Shown here piece by piece: positions 37,090 to 51,410 of a stretch of DNA of 64,000 nucleotides. Where the stretch lies: contig NC_086107.1 of assembly GCF_963921235.1 (NCBI RefSeq), forward strand, positions 109,494,001 to 109,558,000. Reading direction: 5' to 3'. Numbering within the stretch: the first letter of the stretch is position 1; each line of letters opens with the position of its first letter. Origin of the DNA: Mobula hypostoma (lineage: Eukaryota). Below the pieces are notes generated by a model that made no database searches, was not told where the DNA came from, and was given only the letters and a program-made list of their open reading frames with translations. The position numbers and the translations under genes were made by a program.

Positions 37090-40000
37090 CTATATTGTAA
37101 CTTCATTCATAGTCACCATCATCATCGTTATGTGCCCTGTCATATGACGTCATCATTATGTGCCCTGTCATATGATGTCATCGTTATCGTATGACGTGGG
37201 CGATCGTGGTCTTTTCATGACCATGATTGTCCTTGGCAAATTTTTTAACAGAAGTGGTTTGCCATTGTCTTCTCCTGGGCAGTATCTTTACAAGATGGGT
37301 GACCCCAGCCATTATCAATACTCTTCAGAGATTGTCTGCCTGGAGTCATAACCAGGACTTGTGATGTGCACCAATGACCATCCACCACCTGCTCCCATGA
37401 CTTCACGTGACCCTGATCATAGAGCTAAGCAGGGGTGACCTGCATCTCAACCCTTCCACCCCAATATGTTGGGATACCAGGATGGTCTTGAATTTGAGGA
37501 TAGAAGGAGAGTTTAGACAAACTTGGGTTGTTTTCTTTAGAGCGGCAGATGCTGATAGAAGTTTCTAATATTATGAGAGGCAGCGGGGGTAGGCAGTCAG
37601 AATCTTTACCCCAGGGTGAAAGGGGGAAAGTTTGAAGGAGATGTGCTGGGTGAAGATTCATTACACAGAGAGTGGTGAGTGCCTGGAACGTACTACAAGG
37701 CTGGTGCCCGAGACAGACGTGATGGTGGTGTTTAGATAGACACGTGGATGCTCAGGGATTGGAAGAGAGATATAGTTCTACTTCAGCAGAGATTTCATGG
37801 GCTGATAGGCCTGTTCCTGGTGTTCCACTGTTGTGTGTTCTGTGTTCTATCCCTTAGGAAAGTTGCAGGAAAAGATAAGATTGGGAGAATTTCCGGGGAA
37901 TCACAGGGAGGGTTACAGGGGATAATTGACAAACGAACAAATAGAAGAAATAGAACCAAAGGAAGTAAATTTCATAAAATAACATTCAGGGCTGTGATCC
38001 AAGGATTAATATTCAAGATTCAAGATTATTTAATGTCATTTCCTGTACACAAGGGTAAAGGAGAACGAAATAATTGTTACTCCAGATCCGAGGCAGCACA
38101 TCTGGATTGTAAGCTTTAAGATGTACCAACTTAATGTAAACATCTGCATTGTAGTATCTTTGTCATAACATCAAGAAGGTAGGGTTATCAGTTATTGTCA
38201 TCGTCACTTCTGGACTGCAAGTTATACTTTGCAACATCTGGGTTCCAACATCTGTATTGTGAATTTGAAATTGAAACATTCAGGTGGCTTCAGGGTTGTA
38301 ACATCTGTATCATAACTTCCTGGAGTTGTTATAGAGTCATAGAACACTACAGCACAGAAAATGGCCCACCTAGTTTGTGCCAAAGTGTTATTCTACCTTG
38401 TCCCATCAACCCGCAAATAGACCACAGCCCTCCCATACCTCTCCCATCCATATACCTATCCAAATCTCAGTTGAAATCAAACCCGCATCCACTACCTCCA
38501 CTGGCAGCTCATTCTAAACCCTCCTCGGGTTCCCCTTTCACCTTTCACCCTTAACCTATGACCTTTAGTTCTGGGCTCACCCTACCTCAGTGGGGAAAAA
38601 AGCCTGCTTGCATTTGCTCTGAGCGAAGAAGCTCGCCCTCAAGTTCCTCCTTAAATATTCTTGATGAAGGGCCTCGGCCCGTAACCCTAACTGTTTATTC
38701 CCCTCCATAGATGCTGCCTGACCTGTGATAGCGATACGCTAACCGCTTCATTACCGCGCCATCCCCATATTAGACCTGTGAAGGATGATAAGATGCATAG
38801 ATCACATGGACAGCCAAGGACTTTTCCCCAGGGTGGAAATGGCTAATACGGGGGGGGGGGGGCCATAATTTTAAGGTGATTGGAGGAAAGTATAGAGGGG
38901 ATGTCAGAGTTAGGTTTTTTACACAGAGGGTGGTGAGTGCGTGGAATACGTGGCCGGGGTGGTGGTAGAGGCAGATACTTTAGGGACATTTAAGAGAGTC
39001 CAGATGGGTGCGTGGATGGAATAAAAATGGAGGCCTAGCTGCGAGGGAACCCGAAGGACCAGAGACTCATCTTAAGGTTTGGAGGATTGTGTGCCTCAAT
39101 GGCTATGCTGGCTGAAGTTTGAGCTTTGTGCTTTGGCTCTTGGTAGGGTCACCCATGCCAAACAGGTCAAAGGGTAGAGGCCAGACTGAGAGCGGTCCAC
39201 TCAGGACCTCTGAGGTCAGCTCAGGACTAACAACCCTGACTGGTCAAACAAAATTGTGACAGAAAAAGCAATGAAGAATCCTTAAAGGACATTCATTGCT
39301 GCCCTAAATTACTGTGGCGTAATGGCCAGTAAGTATAAGGGGTTAAATTGATCTTGGGTTAGGTTAATGTTATGGGCCAAAGGGCCTGTACTGTGCTGCA
39401 CTGTTCCATCTTGTACTCTGTGCATCAATCTCTGAATATCATACGCTCTACCTCTGTGTTCGACAACACCGCCATCAGAGATCCAACAGCCCATTACCAT
39501 AGCAACAACACACATATTCAGGCAGTGAATAGGCCGAGACCTTCCGTCAGGACTGAGAAGGAAGGGGGGGGGGGAGATGTGGAGGGAGAGGAAAGAGGCT
39601 AGCTGGAAGGTGAAAGGTGAAGTCAGGTGGGTGGGAAAGGTAAGGGGCTGGAGAGAAAAAGAATCTGATAGGAGAGGAGAGTGGACCACAGGAGAAAGGC
39701 AAGGCCGAGGGGCTATGGGGGCAAATAATAAGCAGGTGAGAAGAGGTAATAGAGGTGGGGGGGGGGAATTTGTTTACCAGAAGGAGAAATTGATACTCAT
39801 GCCATCAGGTTGGAGGCTACCAGATGGAATATAAGTTGTTGCTCCTCCACCCTGAGGGTGGCCTCCTCCTGGTCCAAGAGGAGGCCATGGACTGAAGTCA
39901 GAACAGGAATGGGATTGGAATTAAGATGTTTGGCCCCGGAAAGTCCCACTTGTGAGGGATGGAACGGAGGTGCTTGACAAAGCAGTCCCAATAAAAACGT

Positions 40001-41284
40001 TTTTTTTTCTTGGCTATGGGATATGGGGTTGGGGAGGCGGTCACATTCAGTGTGTGTTTACCTAACACAGACCACAGGCACCCTACACTCCAGAGTAGAT
40101 ATGGAAAGGGCACTTCCTCTTTGTGATAATCTACAACTAAGCGTTTACTGTCTAAAAATAAGAAGGAGGGGGCAATTAAAGTGAGGTGGAAGTTATTTTA
40201 GCCTCCCAGGGCGTTGTGAGTTTTCGAATCAACTTCCGCAAAGGGTGGTGGAAATAGTGAATATATTTAAAGCAGATATTTTGGATGAGCAAGGGCAAAT
40301 GGTCGCAAGGGCAAAAATGGAGAACTGAACATAGAGTCAGATTTGCCAAGATCCAAATAATCAGAGTCAGAATCAGGTTTATTATAACTGACATATGTCA
40401 TGAAATTTGCTGTTTTATGGCAGCAGGTGCAATATGTAAAATATACTATAATATTAAAAAGTTATTAGAATACTATAATATAAAAAAAGACTTAAAGGAT
40501 TTATAGTACGTTTATTATCAAAGTCTGTACACATTCCTGAGATTTGTCTTCCCACAGACAGCCATGAAACAAACACCATGGAACCTGTTCAAAGAAAAAC
40601 ATCTACCAACCCCACCCCCCCCCCCACCCTGACCACGTGCAAAAAAAAGCAAACTGCGCAAACAGCAAGACCACCGAGTCAGAGAAACACAGAATCGAAA
40701 GAGTCCAGACATATTCTGTTCAGCGCAGTTCAATTCACTCTAGATCTCTGTCGTTCGTTATTTGCAGGCCACCCTGATCAAAATTGCCCAAAGAGCGGCA
40801 ACGCAGAAAAAAAAGGAGTGACCGGAAACCAGAAACACATCATAACGTGAACTACAGAGTCCAATCCACAATCTGCATCGATTAAACCTTGCCCAAGACT
40901 CAGGACTCCAGCACAATTCGCTGACAGCATTGAGGGAGAAAGAGAGAGACCATTCGAATGCAGGGACCTTCATCAAAAATACATTAGATACATTAAAAAT
41001 GCAATACATAAAATACTATAAATTACAATAATAAATAGATATATATTTAAATTCAGTTTTAAAATTAAATTAAGTAGAACAAAAAGAGAGAGGAAAAATA
41101 GTGAGATTGTGTTCATGGTTTCATTGAAATCTGATGGCAAAGGGGTAGAAGATGTTCCTAAAACATTGAGTGTGTGTCTTCAGGCTCCTGTACCTCCTCC
41201 CTGATGGGCCGAGTGGCCTACTCCAGCTCCTACCGCGGATGCTCGTATCCCTGATGATTTACACCTCGTCTCTCTTCTCCACAG

Positions 41285-44160
41285 ATAAGACCCACTGTTG
41301 AAACTTCCCAGGTGTGTGATGTCTGAATTCCACTCGTTTCTGGAGGAACTACAGCACTCCTGTAACATCGCCAGAGATTCAAAATCCCGGGAGAGATAAG
41401 GCATCGGAAGGAACCACGTCCCCCTACAACACAATTTCTCAGACCATTAGTGTAAAGGCTCCATTCCACCAAATCCTCTCTCACTCCCTGGTGTCAATAT
41501 CAAATTCCCAGTCATAATCAAGGCTTGAATTATTATAACCATTTGATTTTTCATGCGAGAGATCAATTATTTTAAAAAAAGATCTCAAGGGACTTTCAGT
41601 CTCCAAAACCAATTGAGTCAAAACATTACCCCTGAAATCCAGGGAAAGTTGAATAGGTTAGGACTTTATTCACTGAAGCACTGGAGAGTAAGGGGTGATC
41701 TTATAGAAGTATACAAAATTACGAGGGGTATAGATTGAGTGAACGCAAGCAAGCTTTTTCCCCTCAGTGTAGGTAGAACTAGAACTAGAGGTCATAGGTT
41801 AAGGGTGAAAGGTATTTAATGGGAACCTGAGGGGGAACTTCTTCACTCAGAATAAATGCAAGCAGGCTTTTTCCGCTGAGTTTGGGTGAGACTAGAACTA
41901 AAGGTCATGGGTTAAGGGTGAAAGGTGAAACATTTAAAGGGAAGCTGAGGGGGAACTTCTTCACTCAGAGAGTGATGGAAGTGCGGAACAAGCTGCCAGC
42001 GGAAGTGGTACAGGCGGGTTCAATTCAAGAGAAGCTTGGATAGGTACATGAGGGCTATGTCCAGGTGCAGGGAGATGGAAGTAGGCAGAAGACATGATTG
42101 GCATGCACTAGATGGGTCAAAGGATGACTCTATGCCTTTGGCAAAATCTTTCACTTTTGTCCACGTATTCGCAAACATCTCTTATTTTGGTCTCCAACTG
42201 CGCCGAATCTTTCCTCGTCCATCCACCGCCACCCTGTTAAGCCGCTGACCAGTGGCTCCCCACAGGCAAGTGCGACTGGTCATAAGAAAGAGGAGCAGGA
42301 CCAGGCCATTCGGCCCCTCACTCCTGCTGCACCAATTCAACAAGATTGTGGCTGATCACTTTCAGCACCGCGGTCTTCCTCTAGTTCCATCTCCATCGTT
42401 TTCTGTAAACGTAAAACAAAACTTAAATGCACTCGGTGATCAAGTCTCCGCAGTCCGTGTCTGTGGAGAATCACAAAGATTCAGCAGTCTCTATCATACA
42501 GTCCTACAGGGCAGAAACAGGCCCCTCAGACATGCCGACCAGCGTTCCCAGTTGTACCGGACACTAAAGATTCTGCAGGTGCCGGAAATCTTGAGCAGCA
42601 TGTGCAAAAGTCTGGAGGAACTCAGCAGGTCAGGCAGCATCTGTGGAGGGGAATAAACAGCCAACATTTCAGGCCAACACCTTTCGCCAGAACGGGAAGG
42701 GAAGGGGGAAGAAGGCAGAATGGGAAGGTGGGGAAGAGAGAGGTGTCCAAGCTTGAGGGTGAAAGGTGAAACCGGGTGAGGGTAAAGATGGGGGAGGGGG
42801 AGGGGGAGTGGTGATGTGCAAAGCTGGAAGGTGATAGGTGGAGGGGGTCCATAAACTTCTATACCCGGGCGGTTAAATGTTCGGCAAGATCAGGTGATTC
42901 CCAACCCGTTCTACGCCATGGAGGCTTACCGTTAACCGAGGGGACCGTGGACCCCAGGTTAGGATCCCCTGGTCTAGGTGTTTCTTGTTCAATGTTGGGA
43001 AAGTCTCTGCCGCCGCCTCCTCTCCCGATGGTGAGTTCTTGAGCCCAGTCACTCCCTGTGTGAACCATTTCCTCTCAGATCCTCTCCAAACCTCCTACCA
43101 CTCGAAGTCCTCCGAGACAACCCCACCACACGTAACTGTTCATACCATCTACCATTCATCGTTTCCCATACTTCTATCAGGTCACCCCCCACCCCCACCC
43201 CCAAGCCTCCTCCTCCCCAGTCTACCCACAGAGCGTACAGTAGGCAGGAGGCCTTCCGAAGGATGTGAAGATCTGAAGACGAGCTTTACCTGTCACATGT
43301 ACACCGAAGCCAAAAAATACAGTGAAACACGTGGCTTCATTCAACGGCCAACCCATTCTGAAGACGTGCTGGGAGCAGCCCACAAGTGTGACAGTGTTTC
43401 TGGCACCAGCGTAACGTGTTGACAACTTACTAGCCCTTTGGCCCATCAGGTCAACACTATCAACCACCCCTTTTACCCCCAATTCTACATTAATCCTACT
43501 TTTCAAAATTTAAAACCCTCTCCAGTAGGATCACGTCCCTCCTATAGTATGGTGACTGGAACTGCACACAACACCCTCTTTACCCTGCGACTGACCCTCT
43601 TCAGCTTGAGACTGCAGGCTCTGGCTCCAGACACCAATCCCCACACTTACTCTGGTCAGCTCCCCAGCCGAAGGCACACACACCACTCTTAAAGCAAAAT
43701 TAATGAAAATGCAAACTCTATTTATTGTTGGCAAGGAGTTTCATCAGTGGGGAAAGAGTGGGTTTACAGGAAGCACATCTCTCTGACAAAAATATTCATG
43801 CCGTGATTATAAGACACTCTCTCACACCTGGCTCTATGTATGAGACCCCTTATTGTTACAGCTGACTGATAAATCTGTAGTTGCCGTGATTTCCTACCTG
43901 CAGTGACACCTCCCTCCCTCAATGAGCAACTCAGAATCATTTTTCTAAGTCTGCAGTGCTCCCCTTGAGAGAAGGATTTAAACAGTAACCCATATAACAT
44001 GTCCAACTGCATGTGGATGTGTGACCGCGCGCGTGTGTATGTGTGTGTGTGTGTGTATATGTATGTGTGTGTGTCTATATGGTATCCCAATCTGCGCTTG
44101 TAAATCTCAATCACTGAATTATTAAAATAAACATGAATAAACATTTCCAACAATTGCACT
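41285..44160 (+). other. Putative non-coding terminal 3'UTR exon of the CGRP-like gene
   Basis: Candidate donor CAG|gtagag at 36329/36330, 21 nt after the stop. Strong acceptor cctcgtctctcttctccacag| at 41284. Tandem AATAAA at 44126 and 44136 followed by GT-rich sequence. CALCA CGRP mRNA also ends in a separate non-coding exon. Extent is inferred. Confidence 0.45.
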
Positions 44161-44220
44161 GATTTGTCTGGGTTCGTTATTGAGTCCTTCAGTGGGAGTG
44201 TGGAAAGAATAATCTGATGT

Positions 44221-45025
44221 TATATGCTCAGCAGTCTCTATGTTAGGTACAGGAGTGGAGCCTGGTGTAGTTTTCTGCTGCTGTAGCCCGTCCAGTTCAA
44301 GGTTTGATGTGTTGTGCATTCAGAGATGCTCTTCTACACATTACTGTTGTGACACAAGTTTATTCGAGTTACTGTCGCCTTCCTGTCGACTTGAACCAGT
44401 CTGGTCATTCTCCCCTGACCTCTCTCAGTAACAAGGTGTTTTCACCCTCAGAACTGATGCTCTCTGGATTTTTTTTTCTGTTTCTCACACCATTCTCTGT
44501 AAGCGCTAGAGACTGGCGTGCGTGCAAGTTCCCTGAGATCAGTAGGTTCTGAGGTTCTGCGGCACGGCAGCACAACGCTTTACAGCAAAGGTGGCCCGGG
44601 TTCAATTCCCGCCACTGCCTGTAAGGAGTTTGTACGTTCTCCCCATGTCTGTGTGGGTTTCCTCCAGGTGCTCTGGTTTCCTCCCACAGTCTAAAGACAT
44701 ACCGGTGGGTAGGTTAATTGGTCATTGTAAATTGTCCTGCGATTAGGCTAGGGTTAAGTCGGGGGATTGCTGGACAGTACGTCTCGAAGGGCCGGAAGGG
44801 CCTGTTCTGTGCTGTATCTCAATAAATAAATAAGTAAATACTCAGACCACCCTGTCTGGCACCAGTCCCCATTCTGATGTTTGGTCGGACAACAACTGAA
44901 CCTCTTGACCATGTCTGCGTGCTTTTATGCACTGAGTTGTTGTCACGCGATTGGCTGATGAGATCTTTGCATTAACAAGCAGGTGAACAGGTGTACCTGC
45001 CTAATGAAGTGGCCACTCAGTGTAC
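44221..45025. mobile_element. Tc1-like MITE with a nested SINE (~44555-44830)
   Basis: Right end GTACC...AAGTGGCCACTCAGTGTA with degenerate left counterpart (...TTAGGTAC); interior resumes after the SINE. Confidence 0.45.
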
Positions 45026-46619
45026 CCATTCTTTGATAAGAGATTTATTCCGAATGTGAATTTGACAGCATCTACAGTCTCTCACATCTCTATTTATTGG
45101 TGCTGTTCAAGGAATAACATTGGGGTGCAGGCACCAGGAGAAAATACCCTGAGGGGGCAAGTATGGGTCGGCTAATGTCTGTCTTCCTCTCTATGCACCT
45201 GCCTGCTTGAGACTGTACGTTCAAAAAGTAAACTTATTATCAAAGTACATATATGTCACCCTGCTCCGCACCCCCCCCATTCTTCTAAACCCCAGTGAGT
45301 ACAGGCCTAGAGCCATCAAATGCTCCTCATGCATTAACCATTTCATTCCCGGGATCATTCTCATAAACCCCCACTGGACTCTCTCCAATGCCAGTGTATT
45401 CTTTCATAGATATGGGACGCAAAACCTCCCAAAAAACTCCAACTGTGGTGTGCCCAATACCTTATAAAGCCTCAGCATCATATCCTTGCTCTTATATGCT
45501 AGTCCTCTCGAAATGAATGCAAAGATTCCCTATGCCTGATTTACTACTGACTCTGTCTTGCATCTACCCCTTCAGATGCTCAAGAGAGGGAATGCAGGCT
45601 CTTGTGATCCTTATAGACAAGGAACACAGAAATGTCCAGACTGCAAAAAACAACAGCGCTAAACTTGTTTAGGAATTATTGACAGCATAGTGTAATGGGA
45701 GCTCTAGCCTACCTGTTTGTTATGCTGCTGGTGTTTAGAAAGTCCTCCATCTCTGGTGGTGTTCAGGGCTTCCGTCATCGTGTCAGTAGCTTCCTCTCCG
45801 TTTCCACTACTGTCAGTCATGCAAGTCCCGGGTGGAGACTCAGGAATACCGTCAGCCCTCAGATGTAGAAGGATTCTTCATTGATGTCTCTGCAACAGTT
45901 TAGTTTGACCAGTCAGGGTTGTTAGCCCTGAGCTGAACTCCCAAACCTGAAGGTCTGGTGGATCACTCTAAGTCTGGCCTCTGCCCTTTGACCTGCTTGG
46001 TATGGGCGACCCTACCAACAGCCAAAGCATAAAGCCCTGACTCCAGCCAACACAGCTCATTGAGGCACGCGTCTCCAAACCACGACAAGGTTGTGTTCCT
46101 CTTGAAGGCGTGGGAGCTCTACTCTGTATATAATCTGTGGTGTCCCAATCGCGATGGGGCAGTATAAAGGGAGCATCATGCTGTCCACAACTCTTCCAGT
46201 TTCTGCCTTGGGAGAGTTCAACAGGACAGTGGATGTGGACGCATTATCCAGCACCATGCGTAGCCGTTAGCAGCGTCAGGATTTCAGAGTTCAATTCTGA
46301 TGTCCTCTGTAAGCAGTCTCTGTACGTCCTTCCCGTGGACTGTGTGGGTTTCCCCCGGGTGCTCCAGTTTCCTCCCAAAAGTCCGGGTAGGTTATTTGGT
46401 CATTGTAAGTTGTCCTGTGGTTAGGTTAGGGTTAAATCAAGGGTTGTCAAGGTTGCCGGGGCAACGCAGGTCAAAGGGCTGGAAGGGCCTACTCCACTCG
46501 GTATCACTAAATACATAATTAATTAGAAATAAATATGTCCTAGGACAGTGTAGCAGGTGACCTAACAGAAGCTTATAGATTCATGAGGGGCGTAGATCAG
46601 TTGAATGGGTGAATCAGTG

Positions 46620-47235
46620 GGTACAATTAATAGGAGTTGGGATGTAATGTTGGAATTGTTTAAGGCATTGGTAAGGCCAAATTTGGAGTATTGTGTACAG
46701 TTCTGGTCACCGAATTATAGGAAAGATGTCAATAAAGTTGAGAGAGTACAGGGGAGATTTACTAAAATGTTGCCTGGGTTTCATCTCCTAAGTTACAGAG
46801 AAAGGTTGAACAAGTTGGGTCTTTATTCTTTGGAGCGTAGAAGGATGAGGGGGGACTTGATAGAGGTATTTAAAATTATGAGGGGGATAGATAGAGTTGA
46901 CATGGATAGGCTTTTTCCATTGAGAGTGGGGGAGATTCAAACAAGAGGACATGAGTTGAGAGTTAAAGGGCAAAAGTTTAGGGGTATCATGAGGGGGAAC
47001 TTCTTTACTCAGAGAGTGGTAGCTGTGCGGAATGAGCTTCCAGCAGAAGTGATTGCGGCAGGTTCGATGTTGTCGTTTAAAGTCAAATTGGATAGCTATA
47101 TGGACAGGAAAGGAATGGAGGGTTATGGGCTGAGTGCAGGTCAGTGGGACTAGGTGAGAGTAAGAGTTCGGCACGGACTAGAAGGGCCAAGATGGCCTGT
47201 TTCCATGCTGTAATTGTTATATGGTTATATGGTTA
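46620..47235 (+). mobile_element. CR1 LINE 3' end
   Basis: LVRPNLEYCVQFWSP...RRMRGDLIEVFKI; (GTTATATG)n tail. Confidence 0.9.
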
Positions 47236-49077
47236 ATTTAAACAACAGTTGAACTGGCATATGGTTTAGGTTCTAATCTTTTGAAGAACCACCATGGACA
47301 CTTGGGAACCCCTGGTTTAGAAGAACCAGCATGGTTACTAACCTCCCCAGCATCAAGGTCATCTTCAAACAAGCAGCGCCTGAAGAAGGCAGCACCCTCA
47401 CCACCTGGGACAAGCCCTCTTCTCATTACTACCACCATGAAGGAGGTACAAGAGCCTGAAGACCCACACAACGCTTTAGAAACAGCTTCTTCCCTCCACA
47501 ATCAGGTTTCTGAACACTACCTCACAATTCCTCTATTGCAGAGTTTATTGATTTTATTTTTTATTGAGACTTCTTTTATGAATTGCGTTGCACTGCTGCC
47601 TGAAAAGAATACATTTCACGACATATGTATGTAATAATAAACCCGATTGTCATTTTCATTCTGATTTAAAAGACAACCAGGTCTTCCGTTGGTCAAAAAT
47701 CACACCAGCTTCCTGAGGAGATTGAGGTGAGTGAGAATAATTCCACCTCCCCCCCCACCACCCCCAATTTAACAAATTTTTGCAGGAACACCTTTCAGAG
47801 TGTCTTGACCAGCTACATCACCATCTGCTACAGGATTAGATTATTAGATTAGATTATGAGGACACTCAGTCCTCGCTTATTGTCATTTAGTAATGCATGC
47901 ATTAAGAAATGATGCAATGTTCCTCCAGAGTGATATCACAGAAAAAACAAGACAAACCAAAGACTAACACTGACAAGACCACATAATTATAACATATAGT
48001 TACAGCAGTGCAAAACAATACCATAATTTGATGAAGAGCAGACCATGGGAATGGTAAAAAAAGTCTCAAAGTTCCGATCGACTCCCGATAGTCCCTGATA
48101 GCAGGCGGCAGAAGGGAGAAACTCTCTCTGCCATAAACCTCCAGGCACCGGCAGCTGTCGATGCATTGGAAGCACCCGACTACAGCTAACTCTGAATTCG
48201 TCCGAAAACTTCGAGCCTCCGACCAGCCCTTCGACACTGAGCGCCGAGCACCATCTCGGCCGAGCACTTTGACCCTGTCCCGGCCACCGAGCAATAAGCA
48301 AAGCCGAGGACTCGGGGCCTTCTCCTCCGGAGATTCTGGATCACACAGTAACAGCGGCAGCGAAAAAGGCATTTCAGAAGTTTCTCCAGATGTTCCTCCG
48401 TTCGCTCAAGTCCGTCTCCATCAAATCAGAATTGTGCACGGCACCCTACCTGACAGATTACAGATATCATTCACCGGAGTGGCCGTGCAAGCTGTGTCGT
48501 GCCGCCATCTTCTCCTCCTCCTCTGGGATTTGCAAGACAACTGACCACAAGGCCTATAAAGAATGTGAGGACTGCTGAGAAGATCATCAGGGTCTCTCTT
48601 CCACCCACTGGAGATATTTATCAGGAGCAGGGCCCTTAGCTTTGTCAGTGATCACTCCCATCTGACCATCAATCCCTTTGACCTCCCCCCTACCATCAGG
48701 CAGGAGGTACCGTAGTATTAGGACAAGGACTGTAAGGATGAGAAACAGCTTCTTCCCACAGGCCACAAGACTACTGAACTCCCTGTCATCACCCAGGTCT
48801 CATCATGTATGAAACACCAGTAGCATTACCCTGTTTACTCTTTAACCTGTGTCATAAATGCACCTTACTATTCGTTAATTTATTTGTGGTAATATTACTT
48901 TGAGTTATGTGTTATGTGTGTGAGTTATGTGTATTGTGTTGTGCACCTTGGTCCAGAGGAACATTGTTTCGACTGGTGGTATACATGTCAGAATCAGAAT
49001 CAGAATCAGGTTTAATATCACCGGCATATGTCGCGAAATTTGTCTTTGCAGCAGCAGTACAATGCAATACATAATAA

Positions 49078-49590
49078 TAGAAACATAGAAACATAGAAAA
49101 TAGGTGCAGGAGTAGGCCATTCGGCCCTTCGAGCCTGCACAACCATTTATTATGATAATGGCTGATCATCCAACTCAGAAATCTGCCCCAGCCTTCCCTC
49201 CATACCCCCTGATCCCCGTAGCCACAAGGGCCATATCTAACTCCCTCTTAAATATAGCCAATGAACTGGCCTCAACTGTTTCCTGTGGCAGAGAATTCCA
49301 CAGATTCACCACTCTCTGTGTGAAGAAGTTTTTCCTAATCTCGGTCCTAAAAGGCTTCCACTTCATCCTCAAACTGTGACCCCTCGTTCTGGACTCCCCC
49401 AACATCGGGAACAATCTTCCTGCATCTAGCCTGTCCAATCCCCTTGGGATTTTATACGTTTCAATCAGATCCCCCCTCAATCTTCTAAATTCCAACGAGT
49501 AAAAGCCCAGTTCATCCAGTCTTTCTTCATATGAAAGTCCTGCCATCCCAGGAATCAATCTGGTGAACCTTCTTTGTACTCCCTCTATTC
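49078..49590 (-). mobile_element. CR1 LINE 3' end
   Basis: IPGMAGLSYEERL...RRLRGDLIETYKI; (TTTCTATG)n tail; near-identical to 57972-58590. Confidence 0.9.
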
Positions 49591-50618
49591 ACAAAAATGT
49601 GAATTACAGTAAGTATATATATTAAATAGTTAAAATAAATAAGTAGTGCAAAAATAGAAATAAAAAAGTAGTGAGGTAGTGTTCATGGGTTCAATGTCCA
49701 TTCAGGAATCTGATGGCAGAGGGGAAGAAGCTGTTCCTGAATCATTGAGTGTGTGCCTTCAGGCTCCTGTACCTCCTCCCTGATGGTAGCAATGAGAAGA
49801 GGGCATGTCCTGGGTGATGGGGGTCCTTAATGATGGACGCTGCCTTTTTGAGTCATTGCTCCTTGAAGATGTGCTGGATACTTTGGAGGCTAGTGGCCAC
49901 AATGGAGCTTGACTAACTTTACAACTCTCTGCAGCTTACTTCGATCCTGTGCAGTAGCCCCTCCATACCAGACGGGTGATGCAGCCAGTTAAGACTGCTG
50001 CTCGAACGCAAGCTCGTACGATTGAGTGACAATAAACTCGAACTTGATTCTGAATGTTGGCGAAGGAACCAAGCTCAGGTAGGCAACCCGGTCAGCAGGG
50101 ACAAGCTGGGCCAAAGGGCCTGTTACCATGTTGTATAACTCCCTGAGTCTGTTCCGTATCTGTGTTTGATGAGACCAAAATGGAAATGGATCTATCTTTG
50201 GCACTATAGCTCTTCACCTGTATGAGGGGAAGTTAGCGGAAAATAAAATTGACTGAGGTGAGCCCTAGCCTGGGGAGCTGTGTGGCTGCTATTCATCAGC
50301 GGAACATTCTGAAGCCATTTGACCAGTTGTTAATGAGCGGAACAGCTGTCAGCATGATTGTGTAAGGGGGCTTAAAATACATCTGCCAGTGGCCTTAAAT
50401 AGCAAACCTTTCTAAATCGGACACATCTGTCAAGCAAGCCTCGGTCACTGGAAAAGAACAACAAGGTCCAAACAATTAATTCAATTCAAAGATGCCTCGC
50501 TTTGTCAATGGTTTTTGATGCCCTTTAAATTACTCTTGATTTGAGATGACCGTCTAAAGGGATTACAGTCCTAAATTTTCAGTGCAGGTCGGAAATAACA
50601 TCTCCTCCTCGCTGATAA

Positions 50619-51410
50619 CACTGGACAGCAATTATTTTCAAAAGTTTTGCTCCTTCAGAAATTCTTAATTTAACTATAATAGTTCGCGTGAAGCTGAACA
50701 CAAATATAATTTTCAGACTACTCGTATCATGTAGGAATTTGGAGAAACAAGAAATTAAACTTTTATTGAATATAATGTGCTTTTTGCACAATGGTGATGA
50801 CGCTTTGCAATAGTTCAACTAAGCTAAAAATGTTTTGTTGATGATTTTCGTTTGTACTCAGTGTCTGAGACCTCTTGTTTAAGTGTCCAACAATAATCAG
50901 CCAGCAATGATGGATTCCAGTTGCCCTGATACCGTTTCTCCCTGACCGCAATGTCCTGGTGAAACCTTTCACCGTGCTCGTCACTGACAGCGCCAAGATT
51001 TGCAGGGAAGAAGTCTAAATGGGAATGCAGAAAACGAATCTTTAGTGACATGTTGCACTTCATGGTTTTGTGTGCTTGAAGCATGTTGTCAACCAGCTGC
51101 TCATAGTTTGGTGTTCTGTAGTTGCCAAGAAAATTTTCAACAACATTTTGAAAAATATCCATACGATTTTCAACAGTGGCAATAGAAGTTCTTCGAATTG
51201 ACGGTCACTGATGACGTGTTTGATTTGGGACCAACAAAAATACCTCCCTTAATCTTGGCATCAGAGTTATAAAATGAAATATCAAATATAGGTGATTTTA
51301 AAAAATAGTGTGTGATAGGGAAATTTCATGGCGATTTTCATGATCAGCTGCCCAAAATCCATAAGATACACCCAAGAGTATTCAGGAAGCAAAATCTTTG
51401 TCGTCCAGTG
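50619..51410 (-). mobile_element. Internally deleted DNA transposon, Chapaev3 (CMC)-like
   Basis: TIRs CACTGGACAGCAA / TTGTCGTCCAGTG; flanks TAA and TCA. Minus ORF 50824-51162 carries LHSHLDFFPANLGAVSDEHGERFHQDI...WNPSLLADYCW, a transposase C-terminus. Superfamily call is from recall. Confidence 0.65.

Noticed and set aside
50200..50600. Possible muscle enhancer (CAGCTG, CCTTAAATAG)
   Set aside because: Only imperfect MEF2/CArG matches; not supportable without conservation data.
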